Assembly: GCA_020056635.1 (NCBI GenBank)
Contig: JAGVHI010000007.1
Span: 3,078-67,077 of the forward strand
Origin: an archaeon
GTDB taxonomy: Archaea > Micrarchaeota > Micrarchaeia > Anstonellales > Anstonellaceae
DNA length: 64,000 nucleotides
Direction of reading: 5' to 3'
The position numbers were made by a program, and so were the translations under genes. The notes under the pieces were generated by a model that saw only the letters and a list, made by a program, of their open reading frames with translations, did not search any database and had not been told where the DNA came from. Positions 36,914-45,535 of the stretch are shown in pieces. Position 1 is the stretch's first letter, and each line of letters opens with the position of its first letter.

Positions 36914-39805
36914 CTATATCGCCGCCTGCAAATAACCCCTGCCATACAGGAATGAAAGCAACCCTTGGAACGCTTCAGAGGAATTCTGCGCCTCCCTTAA
37001 GAAAGCGTCATCAAATGTCCACCTGCCTCCATTATTTTTGAAAACTTGGTTTATCGCATTCTGTTCAGTAGGCGAAATTCTCCCCCAATACTCTTTCATG
37101 GCATTCTGGGCTTCGGGCCTGATTTCCATGCGCCCCCCGGCATGTCTTCTAATCCCCATGGTCACATAATCATATATATGGATCTCTGTGTCCCTGTTCA
37201 ATTCTAGCGGGCCGTATGGCTGCTCTCCAATCCTCCTGTTCAGGTACTGCCGCTCGCCGCCTCCACCCAGTTTCTTCATGTATTCGCTGATTTCCCTCAA
37301 ATAAGGTAGTGCCGCGTTATATGACTCTGCATTGTTGAAGTATATCGTAATATCCTTCCCAGTCTGGTCCCCCCTATAGAAATTCCTGTTCCTCCCTATC
37401 TTAAATGTCGGGGGGTTCAATCCCATCGATTCCAGGTCACTGTTCATCCTCGCAAGAACATCAACGACCCTGGCGCCTGCGGTATAATATCCGGCACCAT
37501 TATACGAAGGCACTGCTATGTGCACTTTCGGCCCAATATCCGTCACACTCATCCTTCCGTAATCAAACTGTATGAAATCAAACGAGCTGTTGTGGCCTGC
37601 TTTGCGCGCTGTTTTGCCGTATCGCTTTTGAAAATGTCTGAGGAAATCCACATCATCCGCCGGATTGACTGTAAACTCCCTCGCTGCGCTAACCGCCGCC
37701 TTCGCCTTTACAATTTCCGGGCTATGGTCTGCGTTAACTGCAACTGGCTCGGCTGCCCGGTTATGCTGCACTGGTTGGGCTTGGATTCTTGGCAGTGCAA
37801 TGGTTTCACCCATCCAAGCCCACTGGTTTGTACTGCGGTTCAAAAGGCCCAGCTTCAGGGCGCCATTGGAAAAATAGTAGCATGCATTGTCGCTGAGCAA
37901 TATCCCATCCCCTTCAGACAGATAATGGCTTTGGCCGCTGCCCAATTTGTATCTTTGGCCCTGTGCCGTAAGGATAGTTGTCCCATTCCTCGAGCTGTCC
38001 ATATATATCAGCCTTCCATTCACAACTGACACACTCCCATGCTCCCTTGAAATTGCCATATCTCCCAGGCGCTCATCATACAACCTGCCAAGCTTCACAA
38101 CCTTGGGTCGTGCAGCGGTCGTTCCAAAGCCTGGCGCCACAACCCCCAGAGGCCTGTTCCAAATGTCATCCCACCATTTCACCACGCTCTCACTAAAGCC
38201 CATGCGAGGCGCTTCCACTACGGCTCCTGCCACGCCAGTTTCCACTGCAAGCGCAGCCCCCCCAAACCCCATGTTCCTGCGCATTGCGCTAAGCTCTGAA
38301 AAAGCAGGCGCGAGCTGGAGCGCAAACACCGTGGCAAGCGCCCCTCCCTTCTCAAGCCAGAATTCCTTAAACGCCTTGCTTTTCTGTTCTTGACTCATGC
38401 CCCCTGTCGCCTGCTCAAGCTCGTGGTACTGCTTGACCATATCGGCAATATCCACTCCAGTCAGCCCTATCAGGCTTAGCGCGCGCGTAACCATCGCAGT
38501 ATTGCCCTTCCCTTTTAGCGCAACTGTGAGCGCAAGCGTGAATGCCTCCCTCCAGTCCTGCAGGCTTGTCGGGTCGAAATCGCGCCCATGCTCGCTACTG
38601 TTCCAAAAATAGCGGGCAGCCATTGCACCGAACCATGTCATCGAAATGTTCCCCATGGTTACCCCAGCCACTACTACTTCGGGCTGGCCACTTGCCGCAC
38701 CAGTAGCCATCGTTGCAAGCGCAATGTAACCCATTGTTCCCGCGGTTTTGTTCCCAACACCCACCCAAGCGGGGGGCGAAGTGCTGACAGATGAGAAATC
38801 TTTATCCGCCACAAGCCCGCCAGTAAAATCGTTCGTCCTCCCTCCCCTGTAATAAATCACCCCGTCAGGGTAAAACTCGCTCTTCCCAAGGTCCTTGATT
38901 GCCGCATCGATTGTTTCTCCCTTCCCGAAAAGCCCGCGAAGCGGGTCAGCCACAAGATACTCATTGGAATCATTTTTCAAAACATAGAGCTTCATGGCTC
39001 CAGGCTCGCCGTTCCCATGGCTTACGAAAATGGCATTGATCACCCCAAGTTCGTGATTGTAGCCCTCAGTGGATGCAAACCCTCCGACGCATGCCGCAAC
39101 CACTCCTCCCTCCCACTGTTTCATCCACTGCCTGTCAAATCCGCTGGTCGGCTCAAGGTGCATAAGCGCGGCGGTGGCAAGCGAGGAGCTCTCCTCTGCC
39201 CGGTAAAGCCAGTCCAAGCGCTTCTCCACTCCCTTCATGAATAGGCCTGCAAGCGCACCATCAGCCTTGGTTTCAACGTCCCAATCCTTAAGAAGGCTAA
39301 AAAGGCCAGGTTCCTGCTTCGCCTGCGCAACGAAAAGCAGCGTTTCGCCCTCCTTTACTTTTCCCTCGGCACTGGTGCGCGCAAATGCCTTCCCGTCCGC
39401 ATCAAGGCCGGCATAAATGACCGTTCCTGTCATTTTTGCGCCAAATGGGACGTGATCCTGGTATAAAGAGTTGATCTCATTCATCCTAGTGATCAATGCG
39501 CTGTACGCCTCCTCGACCTTCGAATGCACAAGCTCGTCAATGCTCTTGCGCTCCTCCCGCACGTACTGGTAAGTCGGTTTCGGCACGTCCCCTTCCGAAT
39601 AGAAATTATGAACCCCGAGCCGCGATACAAGCTCGTCCCCGCAATGAATCGGAATTCCCTTCTTTACTGATTGCCGCTCTTGCATGCCGCGCTCCTGTTG
39701 CCTGGCTATTTCAGAATGAGAATCAGATGACATCGTGTTGGGTGCCAGAATCTTCTGCGTGTCCGGACCCACCTGTGCTGGGTTGAACTGCACATATTCG
39801 CCCAT
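36914..39805 (-). CDS. Large FHA-domain protein (~963 aa; ORF open to 40114 but the upstream part overlaps rpiA)
   Basis: Canonical FHA signature GRLYDERLGDMAISREHGSVSVVNGRLIYMDSSRNGT (about 37880-38101). The start at 39805 is chosen from the TATA position. The ATGs at 39829, 39844 and 39859 remain possible. Confidence 0.75.
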   Translation of the reverse strand: MGEYVQFNPAQVGPDTQKILAPNTMSSDSHSEIARQQERGMQERQSVKKGIPIHCGDELVSRLGVHNFYSEGDVPKPTYQYVREERKSIDELVHSKVEEAYSALITRMNEINSLYQDHVPFGAKMTGTVIYAGLDADGKAFARTSAEGKVKEGETLLFVAQAKQEPGLFSLLKDWDVETKADGALAGLFMKGVEKRLDWLYRAEESSSLATAALMHLEPTSGFDRQWMKQWEGGVVAACVGGFASTEGYNHELGVINAIFVSHGNGEPGAMKLYVLKNDSNEYLVADPLRGLFGKGETIDAAIKDLGKSEFYPDGVIYYRGGRTNDFTGGLVADKDFSSVSTSPPAWVGVGNKTAGTMGYIALATMATGAASGQPEVVVAGVTMGNISMTWFGAMAARYFWNSSEHGRDFDPTSLQDWREAFTLALTVALKGKGNTAMVTRALSLIGLTGVDIADMVKQYHELEQATGGMSQEQKSKAFKEFWLEKGGALATVFALQLAPAFSELSAMRRNMGFGGAALAVETGVAGAVVEAPRMGFSESVVKWWDDIWNRPLGVVAPGFGTTAARPKVVKLGRLYDERLGDMAISREHGSVSVVNGRLIYMDSSRNGTTILTAQGQRYKLGSGQSHYLSEGDGILLSDNACYYFSNGALKLGLLNRSTNQWAWMGETIALPRIQAQPVQHNRAAEPVAVNADHSPEIVKAKAAVSAAREFTVNPADDVDFLRHFQKRYGKTARKAGHNSSFDFIQFDYGRMSVTDIGPKVHIAVPSYNGAGYYTAGARVVDVLARMNSDLESMGLNPPTFKIGRNRNFYRGDQTGKDITIYFNNAESYNAALPYLREISEYMKKLGGGGERQYLNRRIGEQPYGPLELNRDTEIHIYDYVTMGIRRHAGGRMEIRPEAQNAMKEYWGRISPTEQNAINQVFKNNGGRWTFDDAFLREAQNSSEAFQGLLSFLYGRGYLQAAI

Positions 39806-39827
39806 ATTATTGTTCTGCCCGAGGGGC

Positions 39828-39835
39828 ATTTTTAA
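39828..39835. promoter_or_regulatory. Single shared TATA element ATTTTTAA between divergent leaderless genes
   Basis: Its centre (39831.5) is exactly 26.5 nt from the rpiA ATG (39858, + strand) and 26.5 nt from the ATG at 39805 (- strand). Confidence 0.5.
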
Positions 39836-39857
39836 CCCTTTCATGAGAACTTCTCTC

Positions 39858-40535
39858 ATGGCATCCGCAAAGGAAAACGCAGCGCAAGAGGCGCTCAAGC
39901 TTGTGCAGAACAAGATGGTAATCGGGCTGGGCTCGGGTTCCACTGCGAATATATTCATACAGAAATTGGCAGAAGCAGCCAAAGCGAATAACTGGAAATT
40001 GAAATGCGTTCCAACCTCAGTTGCAAGCGAAAAGCTAGCTCGCGAAAATGGCCTTGAAATAATTTCACTTGCGGATGCGAAAAAAATCCACCTTGCAATT
40101 GATGGCGCGGACAAAGTGGATGAAAAACTGAACTTGATTAAGGGATACGGGGGCGCGCTTGCAAGGGAAAAAGTTGTTGGTTACCTCGCGAAAAAGTTCG
40201 TAGTGGTTGCGGACGAGAGCAAAATTGCAAAAGCTCTCTCGGGTGATGTTCCGGTCGAAGTATTGCCATTTGCAGTTGCAACAGTTGAGCGGAAATTGAT
40301 GAAACTAAAGGCAAAATCTGTTGCTCAAAGGAAGAACGCAGACGGCACTCCCTATATCACTGACAATTCCAATTTCATTCTTCACGCGGATTTTGGCGAG
40401 ATTGCAAAACCTGCACCCCTTGAGAAGAAAATAAAGCTCATTCCCGGAGTTGTGGAATGCGGGATTTTCTCAAGGAACATCTCCTGCGTGATAGTTGGGA
40501 ATGAAACTGGGGCACGCACTATCAACGCGCCCTAA
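39858..40535 (+). CDS. rpiA: Ribose-5-phosphate isomerase A
   Basis: GLGSGSTA phosphate-binding motif, DGADKVD and KGYGGAL motifs. The start is set at the ATG at 39858 (MASAKEN...). Confidence 0.9.
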   Translation: MASAKENAAQEALKLVQNKMVIGLGSGSTANIFIQKLAEAAKANNWKLKCVPTSVASEKLARENGLEIISLADAKKIHLAIDGADKVDEKLNLIKGYGGALAREKVVGYLAKKFVVVADESKIAKALSGDVPVEVLPFAVATVERKLMKLKAKSVAQRKNADGTPYITDNSNFILHADFGEIAKPAPLEKKIKLIPGVVECGIFSRNISCVIVGNETGARTINAP

Positions 40536-40561
40536 ATTCTGCCGATTCCATCTGCCAGCCT

Positions 40562-41719
40562 TCAAATCCCAGCTTCTTTTTTTAGAACTGCTGCCTTATC
40601 GGTTTTCTCCCAGGTGAATTCCGGCTCCTCCCTTCCAAAATGCCCGTAAGCCGCTGTTTTCCTGTAAATAGGCCGCAGCAGGTTCAGCGTGTCTATTATT
40701 TCCTTAGGCTTTAGCCCGAATTGCGCTTCAGCAAGAGCGGCAATTTTCTCATCCGCTATTTTCCCTGTCCCAAATGTGTTCACATACACGGACACTGGCT
40801 TTGCGACCCCAATAGAGTACGAGATTTGCACCTCGCACCTTTTCGCAAGCCCGCCAGCCACGATGTTTTTTGCAACATACCTTGCCATATACGCGCCTGA
40901 CCTGTCCACTTTTGACGGGTCCTTCCCTGAAAATGCGCCCCCCCCATGCCTTCCCATCCCTCCATACGTGTCTACTATGATTTTCCTCCCAGTAACCCCC
41001 GTGTCCGCTTCAGGCCCGCCCACTACGAAAATTCCGGTCTCATTCACAAACAGCCTTGTTTTCTCATCCATCCATTTCCCGCATATGGGTTTTACCACAT
41101 GCTCCATTATTTCGCTCTTTATCTGAGCCTGGTTCACTTCCGGGCTGTGGTGCACCGCAATCACCACTGCATCCACCCTTTTCGGAACGTCATCCTCGTA
41201 CTCAACCGTAACCTGCGATTTCCCGTCAGGCCGTACCCATCTGAGCACCCCTTTTTTCCTCACTTCGGAAAGCTTTTTTGTGAGCCCGTGCGCAAGCATT
41301 ATCGGCAATGGCATGAGCTGCGGGGTCTCATCGCACGCATACCCAAACATCATCCCCTGGTCTCCAGCCCCCTGCTCGTGGTTACCGCCCTCATCCACCC
41401 CTACCGCGATGTTTCTGCTCTGTTCGTGTATTGCAGTGAGCACCCCGCAGTCGTTGCAGTCAAGCCCGAATTCCGGGTTCGTATATCCAATATCCTTCAA
41501 AGTGTTGCGCACGACCTTCGGGATGTCAACATAGCAGTCTGTGGTCACCTCCCCTGCCACAATCATCATCCCCGTGGTAGTGAGGCATTCGATTGCCACC
41601 CTGCTTTTAGGGTCCTTCTCAAATATCGCATCCAGCACCGCGTCCGAGACCTGGTCGCAAATCTTGTCCGGGTGCCCCTCGGTTACCGATTCTGAAGTGA
41701 ACATGTGCCTGCTTGCCAT
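40562..41719 (-). CDS. metK: S-adenosylmethionine synthetase, bacterial/eukaryotic MetK type
   Basis: [37 protein letters not shown] and [16 protein letters not shown] motifs. SD GAGGT lies upstream. Confidence 0.95.
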   Translation of the reverse strand: MASRHMFTSESVTEGHPDKICDQVSDAVLDAIFEKDPKSRVAIECLTTTGMMIVAGEVTTDCYVDIPKVVRNTLKDIGYTNPEFGLDCNDCGVLTAIHEQSRNIAVGVDEGGNHEQGAGDQGMMFGYACDETPQLMPLPIMLAHGLTKKLSEVRKKGVLRWVRPDGKSQVTVEYEDDVPKRVDAVVIAVHHSPEVNQAQIKSEIMEHVVKPICGKWMDEKTRLFVNETGIFVVGGPEADTGVTGRKIIVDTYGGMGRHGGGAFSGKDPSKVDRSGAYMARYVAKNIVAGGLAKRCEVQISYSIGVAKPVSVYVNTFGTGKIADEKIAALAEAQFGLKPKEIIDTLNLLRPIYRKTAAYGHFGREEPEFTWEKTDKAAVLKKEAGI

Positions 41720-41777
41720 AATATCGACCTCGCATACGCTCGCGCATCCTTTGCTTTAATAATTAGCTGATTAAATT

Positions 41778-41791
41778 ATTCCTATAGGAAT
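41778..41791. promoter_or_regulatory. Perfect 14-bp palindrome ATTCCTATAGGAAT upstream of the metK promoter
   Basis: Centred ~25 bp upstream of the TATA-like TTATTAAAG (about 41754-41764, minus strand) and ~65 bp from the metK ATG. Its last base overlaps the stop codon of the neighbouring gene. Confidence 0.4.
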
Positions 41792-43257
41792 TAGCATTCC
41801 CTTCTTGCGAAAAACGCACCAATAAGCGCGAATGCGAATATCGCGAAGGGAAGCGTGCATTTCACTTCCTTTGGCACCTTCACCTCTGTCCCTGTTATAT
41901 TCACGCTTGTGGTGGGAACTGCTCCTGGGCTTGACTGGTTTGCAAGTATCGCACCCAATATGGCATCATTGGCCTCCTTGTCAAGCTGCGAAATCTGGCT
42001 TGAAATTTCGCCAAGCTTGCTGCTTTGCAGCCGCTCAGACAGCTTCTGCTCAAGCCGCGTGTGGGTGAAATTCAGCCCGCGAAGAACAGATGCGTTTGCC
42101 CCAACGCCTGCAGCCTTCCCTATTTTCCCCTTGGCTGCCTCCAAGTCGGATTCGAGCTTTTTTTTCTGCGCAAGCAGCGTTTCCGCGCGTTCCGCGACCT
42201 CCTCGGAAAGCCTGCCTATGTTCCCTGCGGTTGCAAACTCCAGCCGAAACCTCCCTGCCTTTTCATACTGTTCGCTAATGTTTATTGCATCCATCAGCTC
42301 GGAGAGCGTATCCCATGCCTGCCCATCCTGGATGGTTCTATTCAGCCCCTCAAACGCCCTTGTTGCATTGAATTGCGCCTCAACCACAAAAAGCCTGTGC
42401 CTTGCAAGCATTGCACCGCGCCCGTTTATGTATTCGATTTGCGCTGCCCCGCGCTCAGCAATTTTTTTTGCGCGCTCGCCCTGGAGCCCGAGCGCAGAGA
42501 GCTGGGTTTTGAGCACCACGAGGGTTGAGCGGGCGGAGAGCAGGCTGCTTATGCTATAATCAACAACAGGGCAGAAATCGTAGCAGTGAACCCCTTCGGG
42601 CCCCACGCACTCGGGGTTCTGCTGGCCCTTAAAAAGCCCGTTTTCCTGGTTCTCCCTTGCAATCGAAACAATCGAATCCAGCCTGGCAATCTGCGATTCA
42701 ATCGCGCTTCCGCCCATCTCCATGCCATTTATCCCAGATTCAAATTCGCCAGAGAGCCTGTCAATCTCATAAGTGTTCTCGCTCCAGCTGTAAATCGACT
42801 GCCAGAACCCGTCCGCATTTATGAGTGCGGTGCAAACCGGCACTGCGAAGCATGCAACTATGCAGCTCTCCCTATCCTTGCACTGGTGCGTGCCAGTCCC
42901 TGTATACTGCCTGCACTTCGCCTCCTCCGGCGCCCGAGTGGAATTGAAATCCGCAACCTTTTCCCTCATCAGCGCGGTTTTGTTCGCAAAACCCGCCCTA
43001 ATATAAACATCCTCGCGAAGCAGCCTCTCTATCCCCCCCAGTTCATCTACTTGCTTGCCAGTCACATTGTCAACCAGGAATGTCTCCTGCCCGTCAAGCC
43101 TGATGATGAAATAATCCCCGCCCTCAGTGTTGAGCTTTGAGATTGCAAGCTGCTGGTCCGCCTCAGTGTATTTTTTCACAAACTCGTCCGATAGAACCAC
43201 TGCGTGCAGGCTGAGCATTAGAAGCAAAAATATCATAAGCGTCGATCGTTCCCCCAT
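41791..43257 (-). CDS. Secreted/surface protein with N-terminal signal-like helix, Cys-rich region, coiled coil and C-terminal TM anchor
   Basis: The start at 43257 (MGERSTLMIFLLLMLSLHAVVLS) has an ATTTTTATTA TATA ~28 nt upstream. There are many NxS/T sequons. The C-terminal TLPFAIFAFALIGAFFARREC is hydrophobic. Confidence 0.65.
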   Translation of the reverse strand: MGERSTLMIFLLLMLSLHAVVLSDEFVKKYTEADQQLAISKLNTEGGDYFIIRLDGQETFLVDNVTGKQVDELGGIERLLREDVYIRAGFANKTALMREKVADFNSTRAPEEAKCRQYTGTGTHQCKDRESCIVACFAVPVCTALINADGFWQSIYSWSENTYEIDRLSGEFESGINGMEMGGSAIESQIARLDSIVSIARENQENGLFKGQQNPECVGPEGVHCYDFCPVVDYSISSLLSARSTLVVLKTQLSALGLQGERAKKIAERGAAQIEYINGRGAMLARHRLFVVEAQFNATRAFEGLNRTIQDGQAWDTLSELMDAINISEQYEKAGRFRLEFATAGNIGRLSEEVAERAETLLAQKKKLESDLEAAKGKIGKAAGVGANASVLRGLNFTHTRLEQKLSERLQSSKLGEISSQISQLDKEANDAILGAILANQSSPGAVPTTSVNITGTEVKVPKEVKCTLPFAIFAFALIGAFFARREC

Positions 43258-43338
43258 ACGTGTTCCTCTGCCTCTCAAAGTAATAAAAATCTGTTTGTTA
43301 AAAATGCATCCAGCAACAACAACGGGAGGTGCTAATTC

Positions 43339-44424
43339 ATGCATGCAACAGACGAATTCGGGCCAGAGCGGATAGTCCAGGTCTACGACCGCAAGTCAGG
43401 CGCGCGCGGCGTGCTCGTGGTTGACAATACGGCAATCGGGCCTGGGAAGGGCGGAATCCGGATGGTCCCGGATGTCACAACGCAGGAAGTGATGGGGCTT
43501 GCGCGCGCGATGACTTGGAAGAATGCGCTTGCAGGAATCCCATTCGGAGGCGCAAAGAGCGGAATAGCTGCCGACCCTCGCAAGGTGGACAAGGCCCAGA
43601 TTATAGCCGGATTTGCGCGCGCGATTGCGCCGTACATTCCAGGCATGTACATAGCCGGGCCGGACATGAACACCACTGAAAAAGAGATGGCTGATTTTGC
43701 AAACGCGTTGAACAACCCCAAAGCATGCACCGGAAAGCCCGCCTCAATGGGCGGCCTGCCGCACGAGCTAGGCTCAACCGGCTTTGGAGTTGCGCACAGC
43801 ACGAAAGTTGCAACCGAATTTGCAAAGCTTAATATTTCGGGCGCAACTGTTGCAATCGAGGGGTTCGGGAACGTCGGCACTTTCACCATGAAGCACCTGG
43901 CGCAAATGGGCGCGAAAATTGTCGCAATCTCAGACTCGAAAGGCACAGCGTACCTGCAAACCGGGCTCGATTACCAAAAAGCGATGGACACAAAGGCGCA
44001 AAACGGCACAATCACTGCATACCCTGGCGCAAATGGGCTAAAAAGTGAAGAGCTCTTCTCGCTCCCGGTGGACATAGTGATTCCCGGCGCGCGCCCGAAC
44101 GTGATACACGAGGGGAATGTGGGCTCGATACGCGCAAAGCTCGTAATAGAAGCAGCAAACATCCCGATGAAGCCGGAGCTTGAGGAGCAGCTTGCAAAGC
44201 GCGGGATTTTGGTGGTGCCTGATTTTGTCGCAAACGCGGGCGGCGTGATCTCCTCATACGTGGAGCACATTGGCGGTACAAAGGAGCAGATGTTCAAAAT
44301 GGTGGAGGAGAAGGTCACAAGCAACACAAAGCAGGTGCTCTCCGCAACCACGGCTGCAAAGAACCCACGGCAGGCTGCGCTTGAAATTGCACGGCAGCGC
44401 GTGCTTGATGCGATGAAAAAGTGA
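43339..44424 (+). CDS. Glu/Leu/Phe/Val dehydrogenase-family enzyme (short, 361 aa)
   Basis: GPGKGGIRM and FGGAKSGI motifs plus a Rossmann GFGNVG. SD GGGAGGTG. Substrate (Glu versus branched-chain) cannot be decided by eye. Confidence 0.85.
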   Translation: MHATDEFGPERIVQVYDRKSGARGVLVVDNTAIGPGKGGIRMVPDVTTQEVMGLARAMTWKNALAGIPFGGAKSGIAADPRKVDKAQIIAGFARAIAPYIPGMYIAGPDMNTTEKEMADFANALNNPKACTGKPASMGGLPHELGSTGFGVAHSTKVATEFAKLNISGATVAIEGFGNVGTFTMKHLAQMGAKIVAISDSKGTAYLQTGLDYQKAMDTKAQNGTITAYPGANGLKSEELFSLPVDIVIPGARPNVIHEGNVGSIRAKLVIEAANIPMKPELEEQLAKRGILVVPDFVANAGGVISSYVEHIGGTKEQMFKMVEEKVTSNTKQVLSATTAAKNPRQAALEIARQRVLDAMKK

Positions 44425-44437
44425 GGAGGCGGTTTTT

Positions 44438-45535
44438 ATGCCCCAGCCACAAGGAGAAAACGTAAAGGAGCTCCAGATGTTCCTTAATTCGCTCCAGGTG
44501 GAGGATGCTATTGGGAATCCCATTTTTGCGCTTGGGGAGCGCTCAAAGCTTCCGGAGAATGGGGTTTACGGCCCGCGCACCAAGGAGGCTGTGCGAAAGC
44601 TGCAGCATGCCCTAAACTCGATTGGATTTGCATGCGGCGCGCAAGACGGGCTCTATGGCAACAAAACACGCTCTGCAGTATCTGAACTGCTCAAGGCAGC
44701 CCCACGGCAGCATGGCCGCTTCTCAATCAAATCAGGCGCAAGGCTTTCAGCTCCAGATGCAGTCTACGTCCCAAGGGTTTTGCTTCCCGCGAAAAAGGGC
44801 AGCGCTATTTCAACTGGCTCATCCCATGCAATTCCCTCGTTCCGGGCACCTGCCCCTCCCCCAACTTACTACACTCTGCGCAGGGAGACTGAATTTTTTG
44901 GCATTATTCACAGCCAGGCTGCCTGGGTCGCAAACGAACGATCAGAGGCAATGCTCAAGAGCGTAACCGGGCAGACAAAGCAGCTTTCTTCTGGCGATAA
45001 GGCAGCCCTGCGCGATTTTCTCACAAGCATGCTCTTTGAAACGTTCGTGGCGGAAAACACAGGCTTTCGCTCGGTTGCAAGCGACTTTCACCATATTCTA
45101 GCAGAGGCTGTGCGCAACCCAAACCTCCGCTCGCGCGCTGACGACCCGAAAAGCACTTCCATGGGCGCGTTCCAGATTTCTAAGGGCGCGCACAGCTCAG
45201 TGAAGCGGCATTCCAGGGTGGAGGGCGGTTCTGCCATAATTGCACAGCACTCCATGCTTTTTACCGGACCGCATGCATCCGCCCATTCAGCCCAAATAGC
45301 GGCTCTCTACCATCTCCAGAACCTCTTCTCCCTATTCGGTTCGGATGCGGTGTCAGACATACGCAGGGAGCCGGAGCGCGTGAGGCGCGCCCTTCACCGC
45401 GCTTACAACGCAGGGCCTGCAAAGGCTTTCAAGAACGTGTCAAACTCCTATATCGCAAAGGCGGATTTCGCGCGCGAGAACATGCCTGCGCAGCTTGCGT
45501 ACTCAGGCCAGCCCCAGAGGCTTGCAATCTCCTAA
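44438..45535 (+). CDS. Peptidoglycan-binding-domain protein with SLT-like (lytic transglycosylase/lysozyme-like) C-terminal region
   Basis: PG_binding_1-like repeats (NGVYGPRTKEAVRKLQHAL; DGLYGNKTRSAVSELL). SLT-like motifs VAENTGF ... STSMGAFQIS ... LHRAYNAGP. SD GAGGAGG lies 13 nt after the upstream stop. Confidence 0.65.
   Translation: MPQPQGENVKELQMFLNSLQVEDAIGNPIFALGERSKLPENGVYGPRTKEAVRKLQHALNSIGFACGAQDGLYGNKTRSAVSELLKAAPRQHGRFSIKSGARLSAPDAVYVPRVLLPAKKGSAISTGSSHAIPSFRAPAPPPTYYTLRRETEFFGIIHSQAAWVANERSEAMLKSVTGQTKQLSSGDKAALRDFLTSMLFETFVAENTGFRSVASDFHHILAEAVRNPNLRSRADDPKSTSMGAFQISKGAHSSVKRHSRVEGGSAIIAQHSMLFTGPHASAHSAQIAALYHLQNLFSLFGSDAVSDIRREPERVRRALHRAYNAGPAKAFKNVSNSYIAKADFARENMPAQLAYSGQPQRLAIS

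Noticed and set aside
39806-40114. N-terminal ~100 aa of the 1066-aa ORF (36914-40114).
   Set aside because: This part lies antisense to the well-conserved N-terminus of rpiA and has implausible composition. The TATA position supports a start at 39805; 39829-39859 remain possible.
40946-41695. 249-aa plus-strand ORF.
   Set aside because: It is fully antisense to the unambiguous metK gene.
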